From positions 25,236,382 to 25,300,381 of the forward strand of contig NC_057734.1 in NCBI RefSeq assembly GCF_004010195.1: a stretch of 64,000 nucleotides of DNA, read 5' to 3'. Position 1 is the stretch's first letter, and every line of letters begins with the position of its first letter. The notes beneath the pieces were generated by a model. That model saw only the letters and a program-made list of their open reading frames with translations, was not told where the DNA came from and did no database searches. Of the stretch, positions 24,198 to 39,134 are shown piece after piece. This stretch comes from Chiloscyllium plagiosum. Its lineage: Eukaryota. A program made the translations under genes and the position numbers.

Positions 24198-25441
24198 TGG
24201 CCACGCCATCCCTCTTCGACAGCTGCTTTGTAATTCTGCCCACTGAGCCTTACCTTTTCTCACTACCATCTGATATTATTCCCTACAATCCTTTCCCTCA
24301 TGCTGTTTGGTCCCTGACTTGTCTCAACTTGGAATCTCAATGGAGTGAAGTTACTTAACAAAGCCACATTGTTTGCTGTTGTTAATGTGGCTGAAACAAC
24401 TCTGTATAGTTTGATGGATGTTCAAGTATCATTTCAATCAGTGTACATTTGCTACAGCATAGCAAGACAATGGGTAGTTACAGGCAACAATGAAGCATGG
24501 GGCAAAAAAATCATAAACCTCAGATAGCATCATAGGTTACTCTTTAGGATCTTACTCAAACTGCTATCTGACATGAGTATTAACCAGCAATTCAACCAGG
24601 GTCAGCATTACAAACCCAATTCTATCCCTCTGGAGTTGAAATGGCATCTGCAAGCATATTTAAACAGCTATGGGCACATGATAGCTATCAGAAGCAGGAA
24701 ATATACATGTATATAGATGATTAGCTGAAAGTATCACTGCCTAGATTCAATCAGTAAATGTCAAAAAAAACTAGAGATCAAACATTGGTCCTGGCCTGCA
24801 TGCCTCAATCACAGGTTATCAAGAGTCAGAAGAAAAGGCAAAAGCTGACCATACAAGTTCACTAGCAGGAATATCTTGTACGCAACATCATGTTAAAAAA
24901 TAAAGAGAAAGAAGAAGTCTTCCATTTAAATTGTGTCCTTAGTGATCGAAGGATGTTGTTAGGACAGCCCATGACTGAGTAGCACAAATGGTCAACAGCT
25001 GCCCATGGCTAATGCAGCAGAACATGGCTGATAGTAGTTATAGCGTTTGAGAAAATATTAGCTTAATGTTGTCTTCACAAATAGAACAATAGCTCTGTAT
25101 AATCAAGGCTACTGAATTGAGATAGAATGTGCAGCTACAATTGCTAACATAGATAAGAACATTTCACATTAATTAGTTGTTACGCTTGAATTATTTAATC
25201 AATCTGTTACAATATTAAGAAAAGGTTCTAATTAAGATTCTTCAAATAATCATGAATACAAATTCTGAAATGGTTATAGATTCACATATATACAAAATAA
25301 ATCACTAAAAGCTTTAGAGGAAAAGATTCAAACCAGTTTCAGGCAGTAAAAGCAGCGCCCATATCATTACAGGGAGGAATGGATACAGAGATTAGTAGAC
25401 ATTGGAATGTGGATTGAATGAAGACATTAACACACGACTTA

Positions 25442-27200
25442 AGAGTCATAAGAGTAATAGAGATGTACAGCATGGAAACAGACCCTTTGGTTCAACCCAT
25501 TCATGCTGACCAGATATCCCAACCCAATCTAGTTTCACCTGCCAGCACCCGGCCCATATCCCTCAAAACCCTTCCTATTCATATACACATCCAAATATCT
25601 TTTAAATGTTGCAATTGTACCAGCCTCCACCACTTTCTCTGACAGCTCATTCCATACACGTACCACCCTCTGTGTGAAAACGTTACTCCTTAGGTATCTT
25701 TTATATCTTTCCCCTCTCACCCTAAACCTATGCCCTCTAGTTCTGGACTCCCCGACCCCAGGGAAAAGACTTTGTCTATTTACCCTATCCATGCCCCTCA
25801 TAATTTTGTAAACCTCTATATGGTCACCCCTTAGCCTCTGACGCTCCAGGGAAAAAAGCCCCAGCCTGTTCAGCCTCTCCCTACAGCTCCAACCCTTGTA
25901 AATCTTTTCTGAACCCTTTCAAGTTTCACAACAACTTTCTGTTAAGAAGGAGATCAGAATTGCACACAATATTCCAACAGTGATCTAACCAATGTTCTGT
26001 ACAGCCTCAACGTGACCTCCCAACTCCTGTACTCAATACTCTGACCAATAAAAGAAAGCATACCAAATGCCTTCTTCACTATCCTATCTACCTGCGACTC
26101 CACTTTCAAGGAGCTATAAACCTGCACTCCAAGGTCTCTTTCTTCAGCAACACTCCCTAGCACCTTGCCATTAAGTGTATAAGTCCTGCTAAGATATGCT
26201 TTCCCAAAATGCAGCACCTTACATTTATCTGAATTAAACTCCATCTGCCACTTCTCAGCCCATTGGCCCATCTGGTCAAGATCCTGTTGTAATCTGAGGT
26301 AATCCTCTTCGCTGTCCACTACACCTCCAATTTTGGTGTCATCTGTAAACTTACTAACTGTACCTCTTATACTCGCATCCAAATCATTTATGTAAATGCC
26401 AAAAAGTAGAGGACCCAGCACTGAGTCTTGTGGCACTCCACTGGTCACAGGCCTCCAGTCTGGAAAACAACCCTCTACCACCACCCTCTGTCTTCTACCT
26501 TTGAGCCAGTTCTGTATCCAAATGGCTAGTTCTCCCTATTCCATGAGATCTAACTTTGCTAATCAGTCTCCCATGGGGAACCTTGTTGAACGCCTTACCA
26601 TATAGATCACATCTACCTCTCTGCCCGCATCAATCCTCTTTGTTACTTCTTCAAAAAACTCAATCAAGTTTGTGAGACATGATTTCCCACACACAAAGCC
26701 CAATGTTGACTATCCCTAATCAGTCCTTGCCTTTCCAAATACATGTACATCCTGTCCCTCAGGATTCCCTCCAACAACTGGCCTACTACCGAGGTCAGGC
26801 ACACCGATCTATACTTCCCCGGCTTGTCCTTACCGCCCTTCTTAAACAGTGGCACCACGTTTGCCAACCCCCAGTCTTCTGGCACCTCACCTGTGACTAT
26901 TGATGATACAAATATCTCAGCAAGAGGCCCAGCAATCACTTCTCGAGCTTCCCACAGAGTTCTCGGGTACACCTGATCAGGTCCTGGGGATTTATCCACC
27001 TTTATAGATTTCAAGACATACAGCACTTTCTCCTCTGTAATATGGACATTTTGCAAGGTGTCACCATCTATTTCGCTACTTTCTATATCCTTTTCCACAG
27101 TAAATACTCGTTTGCTATCTCCCACATTTTCTGTGGCTCCACACAAAGGCCACCTTGCTGATCTTTGAGGGGCCCTATTCTCTCCCAAGTTACACTTTTT
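25442..27200 (-). mobile_element. HER1/CR1-type LINE, 5'-truncated
   Basis: ORFs 25535..25801, 25954..26484 and 26664..27188 encode RT pieces (KSPGPDQVYPR, SGVPQDSVLGPLLF, KFTDDTKIGG). Same family as 13580-15190. Confidence 0.95.
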
Positions 27201-27709
27201 GCCAGCTAAAGAATTCTAACATTAGGCGTAACAACATTACTGATCAAATAATCAACATTTTTTTTGTCCAATTAATTGGCATTTAACATGGTGCGGCTGA
27301 CAAATGTTACTTGAATACAGTATCCATTGTGAAAAGCTTCAAGAAGAAAGATCAGAAAGTCTGGGAAAACATCACGAAAGATCAGGGGTGGACCAGAAGC
27401 CTGACCATGTCTTTGTCATTTTGTGATATGATTAGCTTAATTGAAAATACATGAAGGCAAGCTTGAATTGTGTAAGATGCTGTACCAGAGAGCCAATTAT
27501 AGAGGGATAAGTCAGCACCGCTGACCAAAAGTAATCAGGGTTGGGGCAGTGGATGGTACATGTGTGCATGCGCTCTAAGTTTAAATTGTACAAGTTAAGA
27601 CATTCTGAATCTTTGTGTGCCTTTTGTTATGCTGTAACCGATGTGTAAATCACGATGAAGGTCACCTGAAACCACACCGTGACTTGGACTTTCATTCAAA
27701 ATGAGATCT

Positions 27710-28200
27710 AACAGATATCCTAACATGCTTTACAGTCACTGAAGTGCTTTTAGTAGTCACTGTTGTACTGTAGGAAACCCTGCAGCCAGTTTGATAAACT
27801 CAAACAAAAATCAACATGATAATGATCATATGATGCTGGAGGGATAAACATTGGCCAAGACCCCAGAGAGAACAGGGAGAAAGTGAGGACTGCAGATGTT
27901 GGAGATCAGAGTCAGGAGTGTGGTGCTGGAAAAGCACAGAAGGTCAGGCAGCATCTGAGGAGCAGGAGCCTTTCACTAGGAAATGGAGGATGATGATGAT
28001 GGGCACGTCCTGAAGAAGGACTCAAGCCCAAAACGTTGATTCGCCTGCTCCTCGGATGCTGCCTGACCTGCTGTGCTCCCTCAGGAAGAACACCACTGCT
28101 CTCTTCGAAATATGTTTTTTTTTGTAATGCTCATCTGAGAGGGGAAATTGGATTTCCAGCAGTAGCTTTACACTCTGCAATTTTCTCCATTAAGAATGCT
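27710..28200 (-). mobile_element. Old Deu-domain-like SINE remnant split by a Penelope hairpin
   Basis: gctttacagtcactgaagtgctttt...gtcactgttgtactgtaggaaa...gagggataaacattggccaagac resembles recalled AmnSINE1/SacSINE1 sequence. Related remnants at about 10860-11045 and 29590-29840. Confidence 0.5.
27877..28077. mobile_element. Palindromic Penelope-derived element
   Basis: The left arm 27877-27968 and right arm 28009-28077 are inverted. Degenerate hammerhead ctgaagaaggactcaagcccaaaacgtt. Confidence 0.8.
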
Positions 28201-31177
28201 CCCTGGTCACCTGTTCTCATATCCCTCAGTGTGATTAAAATTTATTTACAACACTCTTATTAAATACCATGGTCCACTTTGCTAAATTAAAAGATTCTAT
28301 ATTAATACAAGGTACTGTTAACATCTCATCCAAAATACTCAATACCAGGTTCATATTTTCCAATACAAGTAAAGCCAGGCAAAGCTAAATACAAAATAAA
28401 ATGATCAAGAAACAGAAGATTTGAGAAATCCAACAGTTTTCCTTGGCTTGTCTTATTAGCGTGCTGTTTGGGTACCTTCTACAAAGTAACATGAATCAGA
28501 ATGAAGACTTAGAATTCCTAAACGATCCCTGCTGCCAAGTTAACTTTGCACAATCAAAATTCACAACGAAGCCAACCAAGTTAAATTATGGATGGCTTCA
28601 GACGGTTTTTTTCACCATCCTACATAACTTACAATAGACGGAGGTCAGAATTACATGGGCAAATAAATGCTCACATAGTTACACGATCACGACTTGAGGC
28701 ATTTCTGAATTCTAAGCAAATTATAATCAACTTTCATTCAAACAAATCAGACAGCATCTCAAGCTCACACAAGTAGAAAATTACTTTACTAAAATTACAT
28801 ATGCTCACATTTAAATCTCTAACCTTGGACTGGGTCAAGAGAAAGCAGGGGATGCTGTGCCAGCAAAACTATCCAAATATTTTTAACTTCGTTGGTTTCT
28901 TTCAGATCAATTAGTGGTCTGGAGCCAAGGCCCGGTGTGGATTGGAAGCTAGGTGCCAGCGTGGTCTGGGTTGGATGACAGTTGCTCTAAACTTTTTTTT
29001 CTGCAATGCTGGACTTTTTATTTCTCTATTTTCGAAGATCTTGTAACTTAAGAAGCTGTACCTAGGTAGCTTTGTACACAAGATGATGCTGTAAATGCGA
29101 CTTATTAACTTTTCATTGTACTCAGTTAAGTATGTGACAATAAAGCTATTTTCTAATATGACAGTAAATTGACTCAGGTTTCAAGTAATTGTTGGGGTCT
29201 CTATGTTATTAAATTTTGTCTTTCTCTTGCATATTAGACCACGAACTAATTTCAATGATGCTAGCAATGGAAATTTAGGAGTTTATTCTGTATCAGCTAG
29301 AATGTAGGAGGATCCATTTTCTTCAAAAACTGAGAAGTGAACAGAGATGGCTTTGCACATTCATGTAATAATGCTTAATGCCGTTGTGCTGATCCTCCTG
29401 CTATAGCTGCAATGCTTAAATTAGCTGTCCAAAAATTTATGACAAAAACTGACATTTATGTAGTACATACTTCAGAATCAAATGAAGTAATTCTGCAAGC
29501 AAATTTATTTTTGTTGTATAGGCAGATGTCGTAGTCAATGACACATTGTAAGACTGCACCAACAAATTAATGAATTACCAAAGTTAACTTGTAGTGGTAT
29601 TGGGTGAGGGATGAAAGTTGGCAAGGGCACTAGGAGAACATTCTGTTCTTTTTTGCCTGCTGCCTTAGGATCTATTACAGCCAGACAGGAATGCATTTAA
29701 CTTGCCCAGATAGCGCCTCTAACAATGCAGAAAACTTTCAATGTTACACTGAAATATAATCCAAGATCATGTTTTCAAATCTGCAGATGAGCCTTGCCAT
29801 AAATCTTACTGACTCCAAAGGCAGAATACTGCCAATTAATCCAAATTGATATGTAGCAATTTAAAGTCTATGTAATAGTCATCTTTTTGTATTACTTTAC
29901 TGGCCATTCTGAAGCACTGTGAGCCAACACAAGTTTCTGCAATCAGTTATGTATTAACAATTCAATATGATGCTCCCATATTTACCACAAGAGCAGCAGT
30001 TTGGCAAAGCTGAAAGGAGATCACATGCTGAAACCAAACTGTGAGCAGCAAGAAGTGGATTTTGAGGCAAGATAATAAGTGTGTGGGCTGGCACAGAAAA
30101 CACTAATCCTAGCAAAAAGAGTTAAATACATCAATTTCCATCTCTGTAACCTGTTAGATAACTTCAATAAGTCCATAAGGTACTGTTCCCCATTCTATCA
30201 GATGCTATCTCAGGCGATATGGGCAAAATCTAAAAGCCTTTAAGATTGTAACTTCATGAAAAGTGGCAGCTGTGAATTGCTGCAGACGTAGGGTTATCAT
30301 TAACATGTATTCAATTTTTAAAGATATGCGCTCAAGAGAAACACAGAAGGTGGAAAATCCTATGGAGTGATACATGTGCTGCAGGTAAGAGATTGATTTC
30401 CGAGCAATACCTGGGAACACACAATAATCACGTGCCCCACAGTGAATAAATGTTGTTTTTGTTTGATACCTTATGATCCATTTTCCGATATTTTGAGTTC
30501 CTCTTTAAATTTTAAAACACTCAATGTATAAATGATGAACAGATTCTGAGAGTGAATTGTTATGTGGGAATTCTCTGCATTTTTTAAAAAACTTATTTCT
30601 TCCAAACACAGTATACAATTTATTACTGGCAGACTTTTTAAAAAATCTAATGTAAATTAAGAGAAATCGACTCCAAGGTCGTAGGTAGAAATGTTAGGAC
30701 TTTCATCTTTTTCTTCCAAAAGCTGCACACTATATTATCTCCTCCCACAATCCCAGTAACTCCAGCTGCTGTTCTTGGGCTTTTGTCTCCCTCACTTCTC
30801 CCGACTATGGTTACGCCAAACCCAACCATTCTTCTCACCTCACCACACACTTCAGCTTTCATATTAGGCTTTTCTCCACCCACCTGTCCAATTTCTTCTC
30901 ACCAGCAAATAAGTGCCACTCAAGCTTTCTGCTTCGGTTTCCCTTCCTCACTTGCTCTCAGCCACTCCCTCATACCCAATTCCACTCGTTCTGCTCTCCA
31001 GCCTTTCTTTCATTCCATACCAATTACTATTCTTATCTTCCTAAACCCTTGCTCCTTCAGCGCTCTCATCATTCGTTGTCATTGTTGTTGAATTGAATGT
31101 TACTGCACTTTGTGACAGGACCTCCCAGTTCTTTTAGAGTTCCTCAACCACTTTACAGTGACAATATGACAGCAACA

Positions 31178-31498
31178 GGTCAGCTCAGTGGCTCGGTGGT
31201 TAGCCCTGCTGACTCACAGTGCCAGGGCCAGAGTTCAATTCCAACCTTGGAAGACTGTGTGGAGTTTGCACATTCTCCCCCTGTGTGTGGGTTACCTCCA
31301 GGTGCTCCAGTTTCCTTCTGCAGGTTAGATGGATTGGCCATGCTAAGTTGCCCATTGTATCCTGGGATGTGTAACTTAGGTGGATTAGCCATGGGGAATT
31401 CACTGTAATGGGGTGAATCTGGGTTGGATGCTCTTCAGAGAGTCAATGTGTCTTGTTGGGCTGAATGTCCTGTTTTTACACTGCAGGGGATTCTATGA
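31178..31498 (+). mobile_element. HE1-type SINE (older)
   Basis: gtggctcggtggttagccctgctgactcacag head, HE1 core, ggattctatga tail. Confidence 0.85.
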
Positions 31499-31655
31499 GA
31501 ACAGGTCAGAGGAGCCCCATAGCAGTGCTGTTGAGGTAAGAAGCCATGTAAGGGTCTTGTTCATATTTTTGTTCTCTTGCAATACCAGATCAGTCAGTAA
31601 TATGCTGACTTAATAGCGTGCATGCTACTCCAAAACAACAAGCCAAGTTTATTTT

Positions 31656-31940
31656 TAGATTAGATTCTCTACAGTGTGGAAACAGGCCCTTCGGCCCAAC
31701 AAATCCACACCGCCCCGCCAAAGAAAAACCCACCCAAACCCATTCCCCTAGCCTATACTTACCCCTGACTAACGGGCCTAATTCACCTGACCTGCACATC
31801 TTTGGATTGTGGGAGGAAACCGGAGCACCCGGAGGACACGGGGACAATGTGCAAACTCCATACAGACAAGCGGGAATCGAACCCAGGTCCCTGGTGCTGT
31901 GAGGCAGCAGTGCTAACCACTTAATCACCGTGCCGCCACG
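31656..31940 (-). mobile_element. HE1-type SINE
   Basis: ttagattaga tail and caccgtgccgcc head as read on the + strand. Confidence 0.9.
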
Positions 31941-33374
31941 TTCTTTCTTTCAAGATTCTTTCTCAAGTAGTTATTGAATGCAACATACAATGGGTAGATT
32001 TACATTCTGTAGAATAAACTAAAAAACTGTTGTCACAGTAACAGGGAAGATACAGTTTCATTCATATTAGTCTCTGCATGAGGTTAAAAAATTCTGTCTT
32101 TTATCATCATTATAGTTTGCACTGATATTTTTCAACAAGACTTACCAAAGGCCCGTGAATTGCAATTTGAACTTCAATATAAAAAGCTCGTGTTCTACTA
32201 GTCAATGTTGAAGAATTTTAGAGTGGGGTCGGAGTTAACATGGCTTCTTATGCACATACAAAGAGCTAAGGATTAACATTGTTTTGCACTCACCATTGGC
32301 CTACCCTTATAAACCCTTTGCTATTTTTTGCAGCCTCACCAATATTTTTAATGAATTATTGACTATTCTTTCTCCCTTCCTCGGAGGACCCAGGAGGTCT
32401 GGCATCGTCTGTGGTGACAGAAACTGGGAAGTGATACATATACTCCCATCCATCAATGCATCAATCAATACCCTGCCAACTTTAAACTTGGCAGCTCTGC
32501 CAGTCAATCTGTTAAACCAGCAACTTCGTGACAACTGCTGGCACTACAAGGAGTCCAAAGGAGAACTGATCCAGTCTCCCGGAATCAGGGTGCTTCCATG
32601 CATTTTGGTCAGGTTAGGGTTGGAGATCCCAGATTCCGGGATGTCAGCAAGGCCACAATGAAGATAATCTTTCCCCACCTTCTCATCTGGGTTTAGCCCA
32701 CGCAGTGAAAGTTGACAGGTTTTCCTACCTCAGCCATTTGTACTACACTAGCAGAGGCGGAATATGGTCTTTAAACGGCCATTCATTAGTTAGTAAATAA
32801 AAAAGCCTCAATAGGCCTAAGGATAGCTGAGACATCTGAAGCTTTATTCATCATCTTTGTAAAACAGAGCACAGGGAAGGAGTCTTAGAGTAGGCCAGCA
32901 ACTCTATTTTTAAATATCCCTCCCACCCACCTGCCTTTCAAGTATAGGGGACTGGCATAAAGGGTCAATATTTTGAGTCAAATATGACTTCTCTCCAACA
33001 AAGACTCAAAAGGTTAACTTTGTTTTCTTGCCATAGATTGACAGGTTTACTAAATATTTCCAGCACATAACATTTTTATTTCAGATTTCCTATATCTAAG
33101 GAACTTGCATTATTCAAATTTGGCTATTAACTTTGGATTAATTCCACCAGGTCCCAGTTAGACCTTTAAATAGATCACTTTACAACAGTCTCAGGCTAAC
33201 AGTCAGTACCTACATGGATACTCTACATTCAGCATCACAACAGGCTTTGCATCACGCCCATTCTGTCAATTTTTGTCTGCCTCTCCTCAGTTAAAAGGAA
33301 GTTGCAACAGTGGTGGACTAAAGTCAAAGGAATAAAAGAGATCAAAAAGGAAACACCAGTAAAATGATGAAACA

Positions 33375-34710
33375 CAGAAAACAGGAGCAGGCGTAGAACG
33401 TTCAACCTTCCAAGCCTGCTCCACCACTCATTACAATCATGGCTGCTTTTTATTCCTGATGAAGGGCTTTTGCCCGAAACGTCGATTTTGCCTGTCCTCG
33501 GATGCTGCCTGAATTGCTGTGCTCTTCCAGCACCACTGATCCAGAATCCAATTCAACAGCCTGTTCCCACTTTTCCTCAATATCCTTTGATGTCATTAGC
33601 CCCAAAGCTAGATTCACCATCCCCTTGAATCATGTAGTGCTTGGATCTTGACTGCTTTATGTAGTAACAAACTCCATAGGGTCACTATTTATGGTGAAGA
33701 AATTTCTCCTCATCATAGTCCTAAATAGTTTACCCCTGGTTTTGGACTGCCCATCCTTCCTGCACCAACCTTGTCTAATCCTATTTGGAATTCCTTTCAG
33801 GAGTTAGAATCATTCAATGAATATAATCATAACCAATTCAACCTTTGCTCATACAGTAATCCTGCCAGCCCAAGGACCAGTCGGGTAAACCTTCACAGCA
33901 TTCCCTCAACAGCAAGAGCATTCTTACTCAGATAAGGAGACAAAAACTGCACACAACATTTCAGGTGGGGTCTCAGCAAGGTATTGTACAATTACAGAAG
34001 ACATCCCTGCTCCTGTACTCAAATCGTCTCGACGAAGGACAATACATCATTTGCCTTCTTGACCACCTGAATGCTTACCTTCAGTGACTGGTGCACAAGG
34101 AAATTCATGTCTCATTGCAATTCCACCCTCTCAATGTATAGCCAGTCAGATAATAATCAACCTTTCTTTTTCTGCTACCAAAGTGGATAACCTCACATTT
34201 ATCCACATTATACTGCATACGCTGTACAGAGGGGAGGTGCCAGCCTAATAGTATTGTCACAAGACTATTAATCCAGAGACCCAGGTAATGTTCTGAAGAT
34301 CTGGGTTCAAATTCCACCATGGCAGATGGTGACGCCTGCATTCAATAAAAAAAATTATGGAATTAATAGTCTAATGGTGACCATGAAATCATTGTCGACT
34401 GTCAGAAAAAAACCCATCTGGTTTAGGGAAGGAAACGGTCATCCTCATGTGGTCTGGCCTTTATGTGATTCCAGACCCATAGCAACATGGTTGACTCTTA
34501 ACTGTCCTCTGAGCAATTAGGGTTGGGCAATAAATGCCCACATCCTATGAACAAATAAAAAAAAGTAACTTGTCCAAATCACACTGAAGCATCTCCACAC
34601 ATTCTTCACAGCTCATCCTCCCATCCAGCTTTGTCTCATCTGCAAATCTGGAGAAGTTACATTTAGTTCCCTTATCTAAATCAGTCATTTATATTGTGAA
34701 TAGCTGGAGA
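33375..34710 (-). mobile_element. CR1 LINE 3' fragment with nested Penelope pLTR (33450-33550) and SINE (34229-34563)
   Basis: caggagcaggcgtag tail; ORF 34105..34341 gives QYNVDKCEVIHFG. Intact hammerhead motif CTGATGAAGGGCTTTTGCCCGAAACGTC at 33456-33483. Confidence 0.8.
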
Positions 34711-35499
34711 CAGCATGGCACATGTCCTTGTGGGAAAGTTCATGTGATAATTTCTTTTCTCTATTATTAATTGTCTGCTATTAATCTTGAGCAACCTATC
34801 AATTGTAAAGTAAAATTTTATTCAGAATGCATCCTGTAATAGAGTCAAGCTTTGAAGTTGTCAGTTAACATATGAAACACCATTATCTAATACAACTAAT
34901 GATACTTAGTGACTCAGTACACTTCAAAGTCTTTACATGCCCCAATCCCCAATTCAACTGAAATATAAAATTATCTGGTCCCTCCCAAAAATCGACACTA
35001 ACAAATAGGTCAGCAGGAGGAGCAGTATTGGAAAATGTGTGCAATTTGAAATTCCTTTGTAAGCATGCAGCTGAATCCCGCATCTACAGCAAGTTAACTA
35101 ATCTACATTCCCTACATTACAAAATTTAATAGCATCAATAAGTACTTCTTTGGCTACAAAATATTTTGGGTTGCCCTTAGAATGTGAAAGATCCCATGTG
35201 AATGCAAGTCATTTCTTTTTTTGCTCTTATTTAAAGATTATTTTGCAGATATGGCCATACTTCAGAGTATACTTATCTCTTAGGTTACTAAAGCCAAAAG
35301 CCACAAAATCCTAAGTTGAATCCCCAAGTGCATATCGTATTAGCAATTGGTATCAAACTATCCCTGCTGTCTCTATGTTACCATGGGAGGTTTGACTAGT
35401 GAAGTCACTCATGCACAATGTCTATTGCAATGCAACAATTACATGGTCAGACTCAACTGTGATACCTACTCCATTAAAATAATATATAAAAGCAACACA

Positions 35500-37095
35500 A
35501 CTCAGTTTGAGGGCAAAAAAGTAATAAAGAGAGAAAAGCAAACTAGCACAGAATATTAAAACAGATAGCAAAAATCTGTTATAAGCATACAAAAGGGAAG
35601 ACAGTAGCTAAAGTAACTGTTGGTCCACTGAAGGGCAAGATTGGGGAGCTAATAGTAGGGAAATTAGGGAGACACTAATCAATGTTTTGTATCAATTTTC
35701 ACAGTGGAGGATAAAATCTTAATAATGACAGGTAGTGCAGAAGGTGATAGAAAGAGAGGAGCCTACAATAAACATCATCAGTAGGAAAGAGGAACCTTTC
35801 CGACTGAAGGTAGACAAGCCCCAGGGCCTGATGATCCACGTCCTAGGGTCTTCAATAAAGTGATAGCAGAGAATGTGGATCTACTGGTATGTTCCAAAAT
35901 TCCCCTCAATGTGAGACAAGTTACAATGAATTGGACAATGTTCATACAATACCCTTATTCAAAAAGGGAAAAACACAGAAATAAGCCAGTTAGTTTCACA
36001 TCATCATTGGGACATATGAAGTATTAAATATTCATTATTAAGGAAGTAATTATAGTACATTTACACAGTTAGAATGAATCCATCAGAGTCAGCATGGTTT
36101 TATGAAAGGTAAATTATGTTTAACTAAGTTTCAAGAGTTCTTTGAAGATTTAACAAGCAAAGTGGATAACGGATATCCTGTAGATGTAGTAGATCAGGAC
36201 TTCCAGACAGAATTTGCAAATGTGCCATACAAAGATTAATACACAAGATAAGATCACATGGAGCTGGGGTCATTCTTTGGTTTGGTTAGAGGATTGGCTA
36301 ACAAACAGAAAGCAGAGGATCAGGATAAATGGATCTTTTTCTGGTTGGCAAGATGCAACCAGTGGGGTGCCACAGGGATTGATCCTTGGGCCCCAATTCT
36401 TTACAATCGAAGAGAAAAATGGACCAAATTGGGCAGATAGAGTTTTATGCGGATAAATGTGAGGTTATCCATTTTGGTCAGAAGAATAGAAAGGCAATTA
36501 GAAAGAAATGTCAGAATGCCAGTGCAGAGAGATCTGGGTGTCCCAGTATATGATTCTCAGAAAATTAGAGTGCAGGTATAGCAGATAATAAGGAAGAGTA
36601 ATCGAATTTTCACTTGTACCTCTTTCAATTTGGTCTATTGCATTCTTTGCTCCCAATGTGTTCTCCTCTATACTGGACAGACAAAACGATTGTCTCTCTT
36701 TCTCTCCCTCCCCACTCTCTCATCACCTTTTTCCTCTCCTCTTCCCCTTTGCTACCCTTTTCTCCTGTTTTCCATTTTGCCTCTGCTTCACCCATCCCCC
36801 ACATATTTTGTCACATAGCACAGTGTTCAGCCTTGGAGATTTCCACTTTTGGGGCAATTTAGAACAAGAGGTCACAAGTTTTAGACTAAGGGGTAGCAGA
36901 CTTAAAAGAGAGGAGGATAAATCACCTCTCTCAAACGGCAGTGAATCTTTGGAATTCACTTCCCTAATGTGGTGAACGGTTGGACATTGAGTGAATTTGA
37001 GGGGATAGACAGTTTTTTAATTAGTAACAGGTTAAAGGAGTTGAGACTAGCCATGATTGTGTTGAATGGGGAGCAGGGTTGAGAGCCTGAATTCG
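35500..37095 (+). mobile_element. Decayed CR1 LINE (with a small Penelope fragment at about 36615-36820)
   Basis: ORF 36214..36456 gives WLEDWLTNRKQRIRINGSFSGWQDATSGVPQGLILGP. cagcatggttttatgaaagg (QHGF); 3' tail gaatggggagcagg. Confidence 0.8.
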
Positions 37096-38013
37096 AAGAG
37101 TGTGCTGCTGGAAAAGCATAGCCAGTCAACCCCCCTGGTCTTCACCTTCCACCCCATGAAACTCCAGATACACCACATCATCCTCCACCATTTCCACCAC
37201 CTACAAACAAAGCCTACTAGCAAAGATATATTTCTCTCTCCACTCCTATCTGTGTTTCGGAGAGACCATTCCCCCCGCTATGCCCTTGTCAGGTCCATGC
37301 CCCCCACCAACCTACCTCCCCCTGCCATTGCAAGAAGAGCAAAACCTGTGCCCACACCTCCCCCTGACCTCCATACAAGGCCCAAAAGGATCCTTCCACA
37401 TCCAGCAGAAATTTACTTGCAGTTCCACACACGTCATCTACTGCATCCGTTGCACCCGATGTGGTCTCCTCTACGTTGGAGAGCCAGGACGCCAACTTGT
37501 AAGTCGTTTCAGAGAACATCTCTGGCACACCCACACTAACCAACCTCAGTGCCCTGTAGCTGCAAACTTTAACTCCCCCTCCTACTCTGCCAAGGACATG
37601 CAGGTCCTGGGTCTCTTGCATCGCCAAACCCTAACCACCCAAAGCCTGGAGGAAGAACATCTCATCTTCCATCTTGGGACTCTCCAACCACACAGGATCA
37701 ATGTAGATTTCACCAGGTTCCCCATTTCCCCTCTCCCCACCTTATCCCCGTCCCAACCTTCCAACTTGAACGGTCTTATCTGTCCATCTTCCTTCCTACC
37801 TATCTGCTCCACCCTCCTCTCTGACCTATCAATTTCACCCCCACCCTCATCTACCTACAGCTTTCCCAGCTACCTCCCCCCACCAAGCCCCATCCCCTTT
37901 GGCCACAAACCTCACTGATGATGGGCTTATGCCAGAAACGTCGACTGTCCTGTTCCTCAGATGCTGCCCGTCTTCGACTCTGATCTCCAACATCTGCAGT
38001 CCTCACTTTCTCC
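37096..38013 (+). mobile_element. Penelope-like element 3' part with GIY-YIG ORF remnant, pLTR and a short inverted 5' arm
   Basis: ORF 37280..37918 contains VIYCIRCTRCGLLYVGEPGRQLVSRFREH...EEEHLIFHLGTLQPHRINVDF. Hammerhead-like ctgatgatgggcttatgccagaaacgtc at 37915-37942. Inserted in the CR1 tail. Confidence 0.9.
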
Positions 38014-38059
38014 TAGTTGAGGGGCTGACTTGCCTACTCCTGCTTCTACATCTCATCCC

Positions 38060-38620
38060 ATCCCCCTGCCTTTACTCCTGCAATCACCTGCAAATTTTCT
38101 GTCTTCAGATAATTACCCAATTCTGTGTGAAGGCCTCAACTGAAGCAGCCTTCACATTTTCAGCAGTGCAATCCAGTTCCTAAGCATTCATTACACAAAA
38201 AAGCTTTTCCTCATGTCACAACTCTTATTTTGCCAACCAACTTAAATATTGCCAACATGAACACAATTTCTCCCCATCCTATTCTATCCAGACGCTGCAT
38301 GAGTTTCAATACATTATCAAATCTCCTTTGAATCTTCTCTTCGCAAAGGAACAGTCCCAGTGTCTCCAACCTATCAATGCAACTGTTGCTCATTTCTGGA
38401 ATCATTCTCATGAATATTATCTACATCATTCCTAAATCCTTTACATCCTTTCTAATAAGTCATAACCAGAATTGGATACAATACTGCAGTTCAAGGCCAG
38501 TTAAGTGTTTTATAATGACTTTCTTGCTATTATACTCTATCCACCTATTTATAAAGCCGAGGATAGTATGCGTTATTGGCTATCTTATCGATCTACTCTG
38601 CCACAAACAACAGACTCTTG
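38060..38620 (-). mobile_element. Old CR1 3' remnant
   Basis: ccagaattggatacaatactgc (reverse complement of the YCIQFW motif) and related segments. Confidence 0.55.
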
Positions 38621-39134
38621 AGCAAACATCGAGAAACCTTGGGCAAGATACCAGATGCTCGGGAACCTCATACCATCAAGGAGTCAGCAGAACTGAAGGT
38701 TTTGGCAGAAATATTGGTGAGAAAACTATATTTTCAAATTCATTCCGCATTTAGTGTTTGTAATATAACAGGCCAAATGTGTATTTCAATGCTCACTATC
38801 CAGTTAAAGAATATTTTGGTCAGTTCACAGAATAGCCTGCCGTACTCTAGGTAGCCAATAGGTGGCAAAATTAACTGATCACTGCACAGCCAACACAGAA
38901 GCTTCTTTCCAATACACCTCCACTTTATTAGTGACTAGTGCAACAATTTCTTTGTTTAAAATGCAGCACTTGATTAGGTAAAATCACATTCATCAAGGAG
39001 GCTAAAACTGAACTTATCCCAAAAGAACTAATCATGATAGATAGAAGTGTTAGACAGGGAGAGGAGTGAATACCAAGCTAAGAAACAAAGCTAAGAACAC
39101 CAAGCAAGTCAACAAAACAAAGTTCAAAAGAATC

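Noticed and set aside
37280-37918. 212-aa GIY-YIG nuclease ORF as a domesticated gene
   Set aside because: Frameshifted relative to the upstream Penelope ORF segment, lacks RT, and runs into the element's 3' region. Other copies in the window have stops.
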